Below, piece by piece: positions 29,001 to 38,082 of a stretch of 64,000 nucleotides of DNA; position 1 is the first letter of the stretch; each line of letters opens with the position of its first letter. The stretch spans positions 1,935 to 65,934 of the forward strand of contig JAHJBZ010000002.1 in the NCBI GenBank assembly GCA_018813295.1. Direction: 5' to 3'. The DNA is from Patescibacteria group bacterium (lineage in GTDB: Bacteria > Patescibacteriota > Gracilibacteria > UM-FILTER-43-11). The position numbers and the translations under genes were made by a program. A model generated the notes under the pieces. The model made no database searches. It worked only from the letters and a program-made list of their open reading frames with translations, and was not told the DNA's origin.

Positions 29001-31343
29001 TTGCCAGGAATGCCAATACCGGCAAGTGAATTAAAAAGCGTTTTCCATGCTGCACAGCGTACGGAGCTATTTTTTCAGAGATTAATAAACCATCCAGAAT
29101 ATAAACATGCTACAACTCCTACGAAAATAGCAGAACTTATTGAAGAAGTTGGTACTACAAAGCCAAAACATAAAGGAGAAACAACATTACTTAGCACACA
29201 AGAAAGATCTCACTTGATTAAAAAAGTGACTACTGAAAATAAATTACATGGTATAAGTGCTGAACAAAATGTCAGAAATTTCCGATCTATGATTCATGAT
29301 GCCAGGGGAAATATTTTCCTAGAAGCCGAAGTGGCAGCAAAAGTGCCAAAGGGAGCCACAGCAGTGCTTTCAGCGGAAGGTGCAATTATGAAACCAGTGG
29401 AAATACGCAAAGGTGTTTATAATTATTTGGGTGAAGAGTTCACATTCAGACAAGATCAAATTGATGCTGAAGCAAGGAGACTTGGAGGAGACCAAGGGAA
29501 AGCTATTGAAAAGCTTTGCCATCAGGAATGGAGTAAACCAAGAAAAATCGGGGAAAGTGCTAAAGGCAGAACTTATCGATATCGAGGTGCTGAATTTACA
29601 CTCACTGAAGCCGAATATACCGGTAAAAATGCAACTGAAATTAAGGCAGCTTGCGAAGCTAAGTTTATTGAATCAGTTCAAATAACAGATGCACGAACTA
29701 TAAATGGAAAAACACAATTTAAAGTGGGTGAAACATGGGTTGAGCTTGCTCAGGATCCAAAATCTATTGAGCATGTTAAAACCCAATATCTGGATCAGCT
29801 CAAACAGGCAGGCAAGCCGATTGAATATGTGGGCAGAAATCCTGCACTGCTTGAATATATGCCGGTTATGGAAAGGGTTTTTGGCTCAGCAGTTGCAGCT
29901 TTGATTCTTTACCATTTAGAAACTGCTGAGGATAAAAGGAAGGCTATATTTGAATGTACAGTTGGGCTAGGTACTTTTATGGCAGGTGCTGCAGCTACTG
30001 AAAAAGCTTTAAGTGTATGGAAACCTAAAACAATTAAAGGATTTTTAGGAAAGAAGGGGCTGGTACTTTTGGGTGGACTAGGAACAGCCATTGGTGTTAC
30101 TGAGCCTATTTCGGATATCCTTGACGATCTTTGGCCGCATTTTATTGGTGAACAACAGCTTTACACTGAAATTATCGATATTGTTGAAAAATCAACAGGG
30201 CGTAGCTTTGTAAGAACGGGCTTTTCTTTAGCAGAGAGAAAAATAGTTAGAACGGGTGTTGAAAGAATGGGCTTGAAAAGTTTAAGCAGTCTTATGACTA
30301 GGAAAGTAGAATCAACTGCTCTTAAAAAAATAGCTACATTTACCAGTAAGTCACTTATGAGGAAACTTGCTGTCAGCCTTGGTGTAAAAGGTACTACTAT
30401 TGCTTTACTTATTGCTGATGATGCCACCTGGATTGGTGTACTTGATGATATTGTAGCTGTCGGTATGGCTGTGTGGATGGCAAAAGATATATATGATATT
30501 GCGGTTCTTGCCAGAAAGGCACTGAAAATTAAAGTTGCCTTGGAGGATTATAATGAAATGCCTATTGCAAGTATTGAACCAAGTACAGAAGTGGACAGAA
30601 ATGCAATCGAAGCAGAGTTAGCTGTCCGAGGAAAAACGTTGGAGGAAATGACTGATGAAGAAATGATGGAAATGATTCAATCTATGCCCGATATTCGTTT
30701 AAAAATTACAAGAGAGGGTGCAACCGGGTATGAGGAGTATCGTTTTGTTAGAGGTGAAATTTGGTCTACAACAATTAAGAATGAGGCAGGGGAAATTTAT
30801 GAACTTTCCGATGAAGAGCTTAATCAGGAAATTTCAGTATCACCACCTGAAGAGTTTAGACCTTGGGAAATTGATTACAATTTAGCGGAAGATGATTTGC
30901 TTGCCAATTATCGACTAGCGATCATGTATACAAAAAGCGAGTGCGCATGGACAAAAATGGATCATGAATTTACTGATACTAATAATGTTGTAATTAAACG
31001 ATTAGATGGCAATGCTCAGTTAAATCTAACACGTACGGGTGAGACCTGGGCAATTGAAGGATTTAAGAGCGGACTGGATTTTTTCCAAGCTATAGCCTTG
31101 GCTAATTTGATAAATAAAGTGAATGTGATATTGGAAAATGAGAAACACGTTGGTGCTAATCCTCATCCTTTTGAACTTCAGGGTATACATATTGACTTTG
31201 ATCGAAACTGGAACCCTGTTGATTTAAGAATAATAAGTGGTAAAGGCGAATGGGCCAAGTTTTACGAAAAAATCGGCATTAGTAATCAGGAATTGGTTGA
31301 TGTTCTTAATGCCTGGTATGCTGCTGAGCGCATTATTGCCTAA
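26037..31343 (+). CDS. Giant 1768-aa orphan integral membrane protein
   Basis: Single uninterrupted ORF. Several hydrophobic helices are present (SICLLAAGAAGIYLSF, VLWALLVAVLGGIIG, FLALLWAVGGSLII, VAALILYHL, LVLLGGLGTAIGV, TTIALLIADDATWIGVLDDIVAVGMAVWMA). I recognise no catalytic motif. Confidence 0.75.
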   Translation: MAGGPQPSQHRERAGQAPTGVETFEERGGDYSFQDFQEAAEHVEKDPNVEATEKIRMLRGNMNRNEQWEEITAFTQAVVKIVAEVQRNDGNVKRIRKDPTILRQEVTQAGVSGNLMLPELAALDELPRIFGEVGDTSNYIRRLWPEIVDEGVEAGTGLVGRSIDRAKKFIKKNPVGSICLLAAGAAGIYLSFKAITTYLSVKDKGVGETFKEAREKGKESKWYENKVLWALLVAVLGGIIGQKALKNLLKGLNLEELQELLDRGEDIPEEMQRQMEEQAARLEELERKAEGVVGVSGAIEGGREMVTEGIEIVSEASKFEGQCEALLAVYCFNEYRYDPRRDKNKIKKVFEDLREERVIDIIALWEDHKTEDEEGTIPRNTDLYNFGGDIDPKHIYTACWIISQTFDQYKRHLGATNYSSLTLDQFFGEHLAQDPVYKIHSSVQTTITAALEDGDLEDMSLEGIAASIEDDKNEFLMKLAKDLNLTGYSDLSREQKIDFGNIALKLYRDANLDETPDRAMRNIDRSQHFDESFDLAKRFYEAVRENTLNPETGIISRCVDRFNLGPDVVPRLSNADIIKNELSEEIEFGKAVQLNIVAQRIDFSKSPQEGSDPMTELALLYVVLNSITPSGKRRYLSELSNYVLQKPVNINLPSLELIRPYLKTLLDFGIDVGANKIRAGKDWISAYTADRTPEEQEAFLREIRTSNIIEFGAETGKEAGLGTIRIGADVMETIWQSGRVAKEDLQSVETTGDFLALLWAVGGSLIISKNPDEQHTGVIYLFGKYFYVKPLGILRDTLTAWAVGDETGKTSPSVCGAKVYLATTSPFVVIGTAHGYYRNRMIGRTGWRLIGGALEGTARGLAAPITLPVTGTSWIYRAGRAGKETVQTGFNWTWDAAKYKARPARNINIMMRDAQFVKRYFQIRPIESTGVYEEMQRAWAQGPRATAQRLAMPYWNQRMLEKYAIKFNRRYNSYFGKYVSTDITTLSRLPGMPIPASELKSVFHAAQRTELFFQRLINHPEYKHATTPTKIAELIEEVGTTKPKHKGETTLLSTQERSHLIKKVTTENKLHGISAEQNVRNFRSMIHDARGNIFLEAEVAAKVPKGATAVLSAEGAIMKPVEIRKGVYNYLGEEFTFRQDQIDAEARRLGGDQGKAIEKLCHQEWSKPRKIGESAKGRTYRYRGAEFTLTEAEYTGKNATEIKAACEAKFIESVQITDARTINGKTQFKVGETWVELAQDPKSIEHVKTQYLDQLKQAGKPIEYVGRNPALLEYMPVMERVFGSAVAALILYHLETAEDKRKAIFECTVGLGTFMAGAAATEKALSVWKPKTIKGFLGKKGLVLLGGLGTAIGVTEPISDILDDLWPHFIGEQQLYTEIIDIVEKSTGRSFVRTGFSLAERKIVRTGVERMGLKSLSSLMTRKVESTALKKIATFTSKSLMRKLAVSLGVKGTTIALLIADDATWIGVLDDIVAVGMAVWMAKDIYDIAVLARKALKIKVALEDYNEMPIASIEPSTEVDRNAIEAELAVRGKTLEEMTDEEMMEMIQSMPDIRLKITREGATGYEEYRFVRGEIWSTTIKNEAGEIYELSDEELNQEISVSPPEEFRPWEIDYNLAEDDLLANYRLAIMYTKSECAWTKMDHEFTDTNNVVIKRLDGNAQLNLTRTGETWAIEGFKSGLDFFQAIALANLINKVNVILENEKHVGANPHPFELQGIHIDFDRNWNPVDLRIISGKGEWAKFYEKIGISNQELVDVLNAWYAAERIIA

Positions 31344-31906
31344 TCCGCAACCTCCTCAAAAGATTTTCTTCTTCCTTTTGCGTTAAAATATTTTACGTAC
31401 ACCTCTTTGATGAAATCGTAAGTGGCTGTAAATAAAGTAGCCAACAGGTTTTTAAGTCTGCGAATGCGGGCAATTGAGGAGTTGTATTCCTGTGCGCCGC
31501 CTGTCGTAAGATTCTTTTTGAGTTTTTTTGCCTTTTTCATCTCCATTTTTATCTGGGCCTGTACGGCGGAACGGATTTTTTTCACCATTATTTCCTCCAC
31601 AGGAATCATAACTGCTGCCATTGTGGTTTGGACTTGGACACCTTCGTCTTTTGTAGCTCCGCCGCCTTTTATATCACCTTTTTCACCGCTTTCCCCCTTC
31701 TTTTCGGACACGTATTCTTTTGGCTTTTCAACACCAGCCATCACTTCGGTTACCTCCCCTTTTATCCCTTCTGTTTTTTCCTGAATTTCCGCTTCGCCTT
31801 CAGCGGCTTTTTCTGATTTTTTTTTGGATATCAAATCCTCAACCGATTCAACCGGGGTTGGTTTTTTTGGAACAGCCTCTGCATTTTGGTCTGAGCCTGG
31901 GGTCAT
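31340..31906 (-). CDS. Lys/Glu-rich 188-aa protein (function unknown)
   Basis: The ORF is convergent with the giant gene. The stop codons interlock in CTAA (31340-31343). Confidence 0.5.
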   Translation of the reverse strand: MTPGSDQNAEAVPKKPTPVESVEDLISKKKSEKAAEGEAEIQEKTEGIKGEVTEVMAGVEKPKEYVSEKKGESGEKGDIKGGGATKDEGVQVQTTMAAVMIPVEEIMVKKIRSAVQAQIKMEMKKAKKLKKNLTTGGAQEYNSSIARIRRLKNLLATLFTATYDFIKEVYVKYFNAKGRRKSFEEVAD

Positions 31907-32067
31907 ACTGAGGAGAGTTTAGCATTTTTTAGCTGCCTATACAATCTGCATACTGATTTAATAATATTGAATGATGATTTTATATTTTATAAGTATTTCA
32001 AAATTATAAAATCCATGTTCGATATTAGTAAATCATGTGATAAATTATAAAGGTATGATTTAAATAT

Positions 32068-32736
32068 ATGAAATTCTATTCCTCTACATTTCTGAGCATA
32101 ATACTGGCCTTTTTGGTCTTTTTAGGGGTGCAAGGAGGCCCTGTCGAAGTTACAGATGATCAGGGGCTTCAGTATCATTTTTCAAATATTATCAGACCGG
32201 TACCGGAAGTTTTACTTGATGAATTTGGTGAAGCGATTGAGGAAAAAAAGCCAGAAAAAGTTACTGTGGAAGTATTTACTACTTTTGATTGCAGTGAGTG
32301 TGACAGGTTTGCAATTGATACTTTTTTGCCGCTCAGGGAGAAGTATTTGGAGGATGAATCCGTTGAAGTTAAGCTTTTTGTAGTACCAGACAGAGAAAGC
32401 GAAGCGGAATATTATTCGGCAGTTGGTATTCAGTGTGCAGCGGAACAAAATAGTTATTGGGAAATGTATCGAGCACTTCATGAAACGCCTGACCCGCTTA
32501 ACAAACGTGAAGTGGATTTAAATGCTCAGGGTTTAGGACTGGAAATAGTTCCATTTCGCAATTGTTTGAACAGCGGTAAGTACGATGAAATGATTGAAGC
32601 TGATATCGCTTATGCGGAAGGAAGAGGCGCTACTACAAAGCCTATTGTTTTTATTGGGGGCTATGTACTACTCGGAAATCAGCCAATTGAAAATATTGAA
32701 AAAATAATTAAAGAAGCTTTAAGTCCTAAGTCTTAA
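32068..32736 (+). CDS. DsbA-family thiol:disulfide oxidoreductase (exported)
   Basis: 222 aa with signal peptide MKFYSSTFLSIILAFLVFLGVQG and a thioredoxin-like CSEC active site in FTTFDCSECDRF. Confidence 0.7.
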   Translation: MKFYSSTFLSIILAFLVFLGVQGGPVEVTDDQGLQYHFSNIIRPVPEVLLDEFGEAIEEKKPEKVTVEVFTTFDCSECDRFAIDTFLPLREKYLEDESVEVKLFVVPDRESEAEYYSAVGIQCAAEQNSYWEMYRALHETPDPLNKREVDLNAQGLGLEIVPFRNCLNSGKYDEMIEADIAYAEGRGATTKPIVFIGGYVLLGNQPIENIEKIIKEALSPKS

Positions 32737-32809
32737 GGATTAAGCTGGCTACCAAGCTTAAAACTAGCTTAAGACTTACTCCTTAAAACTTAAGACTAAA
32801 AAAAATATT

Positions 32810-33133
32810 ATGGATAACTGTATTTTTTGCAAAATTATAAATAAGGAAATTCCTTCAGAATTCATTCATGAGGATAATGAGATTATTGCATTTAACGATA
32901 TTAATCCGGCGGCGAAACACCACGTTCTCATTGTTCCTAAAAAACATATTCCAACAATTAATGATTTAAATGAGAGCGAGGAAGATGAGCTTCTTGTTGG
33001 AAAAATGACTGTAATAGCTCGAAATATCGCTAAAGAAAGGGAATTGAGTGGATATAGATTACAATTTAATGTAGGTAGATCCGCTGGGCAAATAATTTTT
33101 CATATTCATTTACACCTTACGTCTGATGGCTGA
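32810..33133 (+). CDS. HIT-family (histidine triad) nucleotide hydrolase
   Basis: 107 aa with CIFCKI and the histidine triad HIHLHL. Confidence 0.9.
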   Translation: MDNCIFCKIINKEIPSEFIHEDNEIIAFNDINPAAKHHVLIVPKKHIPTINDLNESEEDELLVGKMTVIARNIAKERELSGYRLQFNVGRSAGQIIFHIHLHLTSDG

Positions 33134-33288
33134 AACCTTTAAAAAAGGTTTCAGTACTTCCAAAATATCTGTCTTCGCTCAAAATTTTCTTCGCTTAGCT
33201 TCGCGAGCTTCTCGCGGGCACCCACGAGACCCGCGTCGACTCCTCGCTACGCTCGCTCATATAAATTTTTCACTCAACTATTATATTT

Positions 33289-33957
33289 ATGGAGAAAGGA
33301 AGTCTGTATATCGTAGCTACTCCGATTGGAAATCTTGGTGACTTAACCTTTAGGGCCAAGGAGATTTTGGAGTCAGTTGACCTGATTGCATGCGAAGATA
33401 CCCGCCATGCATCGATTTTGCTGAATCATTATAAAATCAATAAGCCGAGGCTCTCATTCCATAGCCATAGTGGACGGACGAAGGTGGATAAAATTATGGA
33501 TTATCTGAAAAACGGCAGTGATGTGGCGCTTATTTCAGATGCCGGGACACCGGGGATTTCGGATCCTGGTTATGTTTTGATTCAAGCTGCATTGGATGAT
33601 GGGGTTGAGGTAATTCCAATACCAGGGCCTAGTGCAGTTATTACAGCTCTGTGTGCTTCGGGACTTCCCACGGATAAATTTTTATATCTTGGCTTTCTGC
33701 CAACAAAAAAAGGCAGGCAGACTTTATTTAAGAAGATTGCAGATAGTGAGTATACGGTGGTGTTTTACGAATCCCCTCACCGATTAATTAAGACGCTGAC
33801 GCAGTTAAAGGATTTTTTGAGTCCGGACTCCAAAGTTGTTGTAGCCAAAGAGCTCACCAAGATTTATGAAACGTTTTATCGGGGCAGTATTTCGGACGTA
33901 ATTAAACAAATCCCTGAAAAACCAAAGGGGGAATACGTCATCATGATAAAATCATGA
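33289..33957 (+). CDS. rsmI: 16S rRNA (cytidine1402-2'-O)-methyltransferase
   Basis: 222 aa with LYIVATPIGNLGDLT, ACEDTR, SDAGTPGISDPG and FYESPHR. Confidence 0.9.
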   Translation: MEKGSLYIVATPIGNLGDLTFRAKEILESVDLIACEDTRHASILLNHYKINKPRLSFHSHSGRTKVDKIMDYLKNGSDVALISDAGTPGISDPGYVLIQAALDDGVEVIPIPGPSAVITALCASGLPTDKFLYLGFLPTKKGRQTLFKKIADSEYTVVFYESPHRLIKTLTQLKDFLSPDSKVVVAKELTKIYETFYRGSISDVIKQIPEKPKGEYVIMIKS

Positions 33958-33960
33958 TGC

Positions 33961-34024
33961 AATTTTAAATTTACAATTTTAAATTTTCAAACATTTGTAA
34001 ATTGTGAATTGTAAATTGAAAATT
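33961..34024. repeat. AT-rich hairpin (TTTACAATTT/AAATTGTAAA family) at the convergent rsmI/M23 junction
   Basis: aattttaaatttacaattttaaattttcaaaca / tttgtaaattgtgaattgtaaattgaaaatt. Related copies are at 53096-53170 and 57221-57300. Confidence 0.5.
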
Positions 34025-35618
34025 ATTGAAGTTCCTTCAAATATTCATCCGGAACATACTCAATTGGCATTTCCTCAAGCGGCAAGTAATCCAGTGGGTT
34101 TACCGGTTCGCCTTTGTAGTGGACCTCAAAATGCAAGTGCGGGCCGGTTGTCTGCAGACCAGCACCTTTTGTTCCAGGTGTACCGCCACTTAGACCGATC
34201 AATTCCCCTTCCTGAACAATGGTTCCCGGCTGGGCAATAATTTCTGCAACGTGGCCGTAAACGGTTACGAGGTTTCCTTTGTGGGCAAGAATGATGTAGC
34301 TGTATCCGCTGCCGTTATCCTTGGTCTGGAAAACATAACCGTTTGCCGGTGCGACAATGTTTGTAAATTGTTTGGCGCGAATATCTATTGCATTATGCTC
34401 TCCCCATTTTGCCGGGTAATCCGGGTCGTGGAAGTAGGCAGTAATTTTGTTGGCCGGAACAGGCCAGATAAATGGTTGTCTGTTTTCATCTGCATCTTCT
34501 GGTATCCGTACTACCTCTTCGATGGCCTCTTCTACATCTTCCAAATCTCCTTCGACTTCAGCTTCTTCCACCATCTCAAGACCTTCATCTAAAGTCGCTA
34601 ATTTACTTTCAATAAGATCGAGATTTTCCTGAAGGTTCTGGACGGCGATTGCAGTGGCGAGCTGTTCCTGGATGGCTTCATCGAGAAGTTCCTGGTATTT
34701 TTCCTCCTCCCCCTTGGTCTCTTCAAGCAGTTCCTTTTTGGAAAGACGGGTTTCCTCTAAGGTTCTTTTGTCTTTTAGGAGTTCATCGTATAAAAATTCC
34801 AATTCTCTTTGCTCATCTTCAATTGTGTCCTGTTTTTCGATAAGTTCCTGATGGGTGCGCTCTAAATCATAAAAAACCTGACGACCGGTTTCTTCCATCA
34901 CGGCAAGGTATTCCTGCCCCATTAAATTTTCACTAACACTCGCATCAGCAAGTAAAAGTTTTATAGTGCTTGATCCCTCTGAGTATAAATCAAAATATTG
35001 ATCTTCTTCTGCATAAAGTAATTTTACATAATCGAGGACGATTTTTTTCTGTATCTCAAGTTCGACTTCGCTTCTCTGTAAATTCAGCATCAGATCTTTA
35101 ATTTCTATTTGCTTCTCGGCGATTAATATTTCCACACTTGTAACTTTATCTTTTGTTGTTTGGATTTGTGTATTTATTAACCTGATTACATTTTCCAAAG
35201 TGGAAACCTCTTCGCGGATAGGAGACAGCTTATCTTGTGCTTCTTCAATTTGCGCTTCTAATTCTGTAAAACGTTCCATTTGGTCACTTAGATTCTCTTT
35301 TACAACTTCCAATCTTTTTTCCGTGTAGTCTTTTTTACTCCCCCAGCTTTCGATAATGGTTTGTCGATATTCCTCAAAAGGATCGAGTTCCTCGTCACCT
35401 TCCATAGACGCCCCGCTTAGCGGGGCTGTCTCTACAGGCTCCTCGATTGGGATTTCTTCATAATACTCCCCTTCTCCATCATAAAAACCCTGATCGGTAA
35501 TTTCCCAAAGATCTTCGGTATAATCAATAGTGCGATCAAGCTCTTCAATAATTGGTTCAATTGGAATTTCAACTTCAGGAATTTCCGGTTTACTAAAAGC
35601 GCTTTGAGTGACTGCCAT
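34023..35618 (-). CDS. Coiled-coil M23-family metallopeptidase (EnvC-like); true start probably upstream of 35618
   Basis: 531 aa with a long coiled coil and a C-terminal M23 domain (HNAIDI.., GHV.., GPHLHFEV). The in-frame upstream codons 35619-35711 encode a signal peptide, FKTKQRLVSILATIAIISAN, with no ATG/GTG/TTG. Confidence 0.85.
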   Translation of the reverse strand: MAVTQSAFSKPEIPEVEIPIEPIIEELDRTIDYTEDLWEITDQGFYDGEGEYYEEIPIEEPVETAPLSGASMEGDEELDPFEEYRQTIIESWGSKKDYTEKRLEVVKENLSDQMERFTELEAQIEEAQDKLSPIREEVSTLENVIRLINTQIQTTKDKVTSVEILIAEKQIEIKDLMLNLQRSEVELEIQKKIVLDYVKLLYAEEDQYFDLYSEGSSTIKLLLADASVSENLMGQEYLAVMEETGRQVFYDLERTHQELIEKQDTIEDEQRELEFLYDELLKDKRTLEETRLSKKELLEETKGEEEKYQELLDEAIQEQLATAIAVQNLQENLDLIESKLATLDEGLEMVEEAEVEGDLEDVEEAIEEVVRIPEDADENRQPFIWPVPANKITAYFHDPDYPAKWGEHNAIDIRAKQFTNIVAPANGYVFQTKDNGSGYSYIILAHKGNLVTVYGHVAEIIAQPGTIVQEGELIGLSGGTPGTKGAGLQTTGPHLHFEVHYKGEPVNPLDYLPLEEMPIEYVPDEYLKELQ

Positions 35619-35810
35619 ATTTGCGGAAATAATGGCAATTGTAGCCAGTATTGAGACAAGCCTCTGTTTTGTTTTAAATAAAGCCAGGGAAATAGAGTTA
35701 CAAATATCATATTATTATACCAAATTCTGGACTAAAAAACAAGGGTTTTTGGCTAAAGTATAAGGAAAACTTTATTGTGTACAAATATTGTTTTATGATA
35801 GAGTTGTATT

Positions 35811-35906
35811 AATCATATTGTGACTATTACGACTATTAGGACTATTACGACTATTATGATGAAATCTTAAAAGTCCTAAATATCGTAAAAGTCTTAAAAG
35901 TCGTAA
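35811..35906. repeat. Word hairpin (GACTATTACGACTATTA / AAAAGTCNTAA family)
   Basis: gtgactattacgactattaggactattacgactatta...aaaagtcctaaatatcgtaaaagtcttaaaagtcgtaa. A related copy is at 42985-43095. Confidence 0.5.
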
Positions 35907-35910
35907 TTTT

Positions 35911-36480
35911 ATGATCGGATATATAAATGGACTCATTATAGACAAGGACGAGAAGTGGCTTTTGGTGTTAGCCCAAAACATTGGTTATAAAGTTTTTACA
36001 ACAACCGACCTTGCCGCAAATGCAAAAGTAGACAGCAAAATTCAGCTCTATATCCATACCGCTGTCCGCGAAGATGATATTAGTTTGTATGGTTTTTCCA
36101 GCAAAGAAGAGCTTCAGTTTTATGAACAGCTTTTGGGTGTTTCTGGGGTTGGGCCAAAAGTGGCCTTGGATATTCTTACTACCCCAATTCATTTGACGCA
36201 GTCAGCAATTATTAATAGTGACACGGGACTGCTTACTAAGATTAAAGGGCTTGGCAAAAAAACCGCTGAACGTATTATTTTAGAGTTAAAAAATAAAATC
36301 ATTCCATCCACTACAAAAGACGGTAAACCTGCTATTTCCCATGTTAATGAAGATGCAGTTTTGGCGCTTGAGAGCCTTGGCTACGAGAAGTTCCAAATAA
36401 TTAAGGCTATGGTGGATTTACCAAGTGATATTACTGAGACCGAGGATATAGTTAAGTACTTTTTAAAGACTTCGTCTTAA
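35911..36480 (+). CDS. ruvA: Holliday junction DNA helicase subunit RuvA
   Basis: 189 aa with MIGYINGLI, a LYGF motif and the HhH pair LLGVSGVGPKVALDIL / IKGLGKKTAERI. Confidence 0.9.
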   Translation: MIGYINGLIIDKDEKWLLVLAQNIGYKVFTTTDLAANAKVDSKIQLYIHTAVREDDISLYGFSSKEELQFYEQLLGVSGVGPKVALDILTTPIHLTQSAIINSDTGLLTKIKGLGKKTAERIILELKNKIIPSTTKDGKPAISHVNEDAVLALESLGYEKFQIIKAMVDLPSDITETEDIVKYFLKTSS

Positions 36481-36652
36481 ATAACCAAATTCCAAATCCC
36501 AAACAATATTCAATAACCAAATTACAAATTTCAAAAAAAATTAGGAATAAAAAAACAATAATTCAAATTAATTTGGAATTTGAACATTGTAAATTGTAAT
36601 TTGTTTGGTCCGCCTCAGGCGGAGGTGCTTGTAATTTGAAAATTACACCTTT

Positions 36653-37933
36653 ATGATCCAAATCAACCCTTCCAATATATTAAAGGATAAAATTGGTGCA
36701 ACTCATGGAATAAGTCAGCAAGCTCTAGACAACCTATGCACTAAATATCAACCTCTTACTCAAGAGGTTTTTCGGGCCAAGAATAAAGTTGGTTATGATT
36801 TTTTGAATTTGCCCGATGATAGTGAGCTTCTTCGTAAAATCAAAAAGTTTGTTACGAATCAAAATAGATATAAGTGGGAAAATATCGTGGTTTTGGGGAT
36901 TGGTGGGTCAGCTCTTGGCACAATTGCTGTTCGCAGTGCGCTTATTTCTAATTACAAAAGACCTAGGGTGTTTGTGGTTGATAATATTGATCCGCAGTCT
37001 ATTTCTGACTTACTTTCTTCCATTAATCTTTCCAAAACATTATTTTTGGTTATTTCAAAATCAGGAGGAACAACTGAACCGATGGCGCTTTATGGGCTAA
37101 TGAGGAGTGAGCTAGTCAAAAAGAAAATAAGGAATTTTAAAAAGCATTTTGTTTTTATTACCGATCCAAAAAAAGGACTTTTGAGGAAAATTGCAAAAAA
37201 GGACGGAATACAGACTTTTGATATTCCGTCTAAAATTGGTGGTCGTTTTTCAGTTCTTTCGAGTGCTTGTTTGGTACCTTTAGTCCTTGCTGGCGTGGAC
37301 GTAAATGGTCTTTTAAAAGGTGCGAGGGTGATGCGAGAGGTTATTAAAAGCACAAAGGGAACTGTGAATCCCGCATTGCTTTTGGCGGTTTCACAATTTG
37401 TTATGGATAGGAAAAAAGGCAAAACAATGACCGTTTTAATGCCATATAGTAATGCGCTATTTAGAGTTGGTGATTGGTATAGGCAATTACTTGCGGAGAG
37501 CATTGGGAAGAATGAAAAAACCGGACCAACTCCAATTAATGCATTGGGTACGACTGATCAGCATTCTCAACTTCAGCTTTATACAGATGGGCCGAATAAT
37601 AAATTAATCATTTTCTTACGAGTTTTGAAATTTAATGAAGATCCGGAAACTGGTGACCAGCTGCCAAAGGAACTTAGCTTTTTGAATAACAGAAAGATGA
37701 GTACGCTTTTGGATGCAGCATATTTTGGAACAGCAGGCTCTCTTACTCACAGCAAAAGGCCTAATCTGACTATTGAAGTTCCAAAGGTTGATGCAAAGAA
37801 TATTGGTGCATTATTTATGCTCTTTGAATTCCAAATAGCCTTACTTGGACTTCTTTATAAAGTTGATGCTTTTGATCAACCTGGAGTTGAACACAGCAAA
37901 CAAATTACTAAACAACTATTGTCTGAACTGTGA
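36653..37933 (+). CDS. pgi: Glucose-6-phosphate isomerase
   Basis: 426 aa with GIGGSALG, ISKSGGTTEP, GGRFSVLS and DQHSQLQLY. Confidence 0.9.
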   Translation: MIQINPSNILKDKIGATHGISQQALDNLCTKYQPLTQEVFRAKNKVGYDFLNLPDDSELLRKIKKFVTNQNRYKWENIVVLGIGGSALGTIAVRSALISNYKRPRVFVVDNIDPQSISDLLSSINLSKTLFLVISKSGGTTEPMALYGLMRSELVKKKIRNFKKHFVFITDPKKGLLRKIAKKDGIQTFDIPSKIGGRFSVLSSACLVPLVLAGVDVNGLLKGARVMREVIKSTKGTVNPALLLAVSQFVMDRKKGKTMTVLMPYSNALFRVGDWYRQLLAESIGKNEKTGPTPINALGTTDQHSQLQLYTDGPNNKLIIFLRVLKFNEDPETGDQLPKELSFLNNRKMSTLLDAAYFGTAGSLTHSKRPNLTIEVPKVDAKNIGALFMLFEFQIALLGLLYKVDAFDQPGVEHSKQITKQLLSEL

Positions 37934-38082
37934 TTTATCTGATTAAATGATTGATCATGATTCAAATTCTAAAGTCATAAGTTGTAAGCTGTAAGCTAGC
38001 TTAATCCTTAAGACTTAAAACTTAAGACTGAATATAAAATCTAAATCTTAAATCTAAAATCGCTAATCTTAAATCTAAAATC
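37920..38082. repeat. Solo left arm of the TGTCTGAAC element (overlapping the pgi stop) followed by a copy of the composite TAAGACTT / AATCTTAAATCTAAAATCGCTAATC element
   Basis: 37920-37962 (tgtctgaactgtgatttatctgattaaatgattgatcatgatt) nearly matches 15052-15094 but has no GTTCAGACA partner. 37964-38082 aligns with 25908-26036. Confidence 0.55.

Noticed and set aside
33126-33341. 71-aa ORF across the HIT/rsmI spacer.
   Set aside because: It covers a hairpin (ctgaaaccttt..aaaggtttcag) and a locally GC-rich TCGC-word tract, and overlaps the rsmI start. The region looks like another word-repeat spacer, not a gene.
35432-35710. 92-aa ORF starting at the only ATG upstream of the M23 peptidase.
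   Set aside because: It is in a different frame from the peptidase and overlaps it. The ATG sits 3 nt from the -10 hexamer. It is kept only as an alternative explanation (a possible indel) in the M23 finding.
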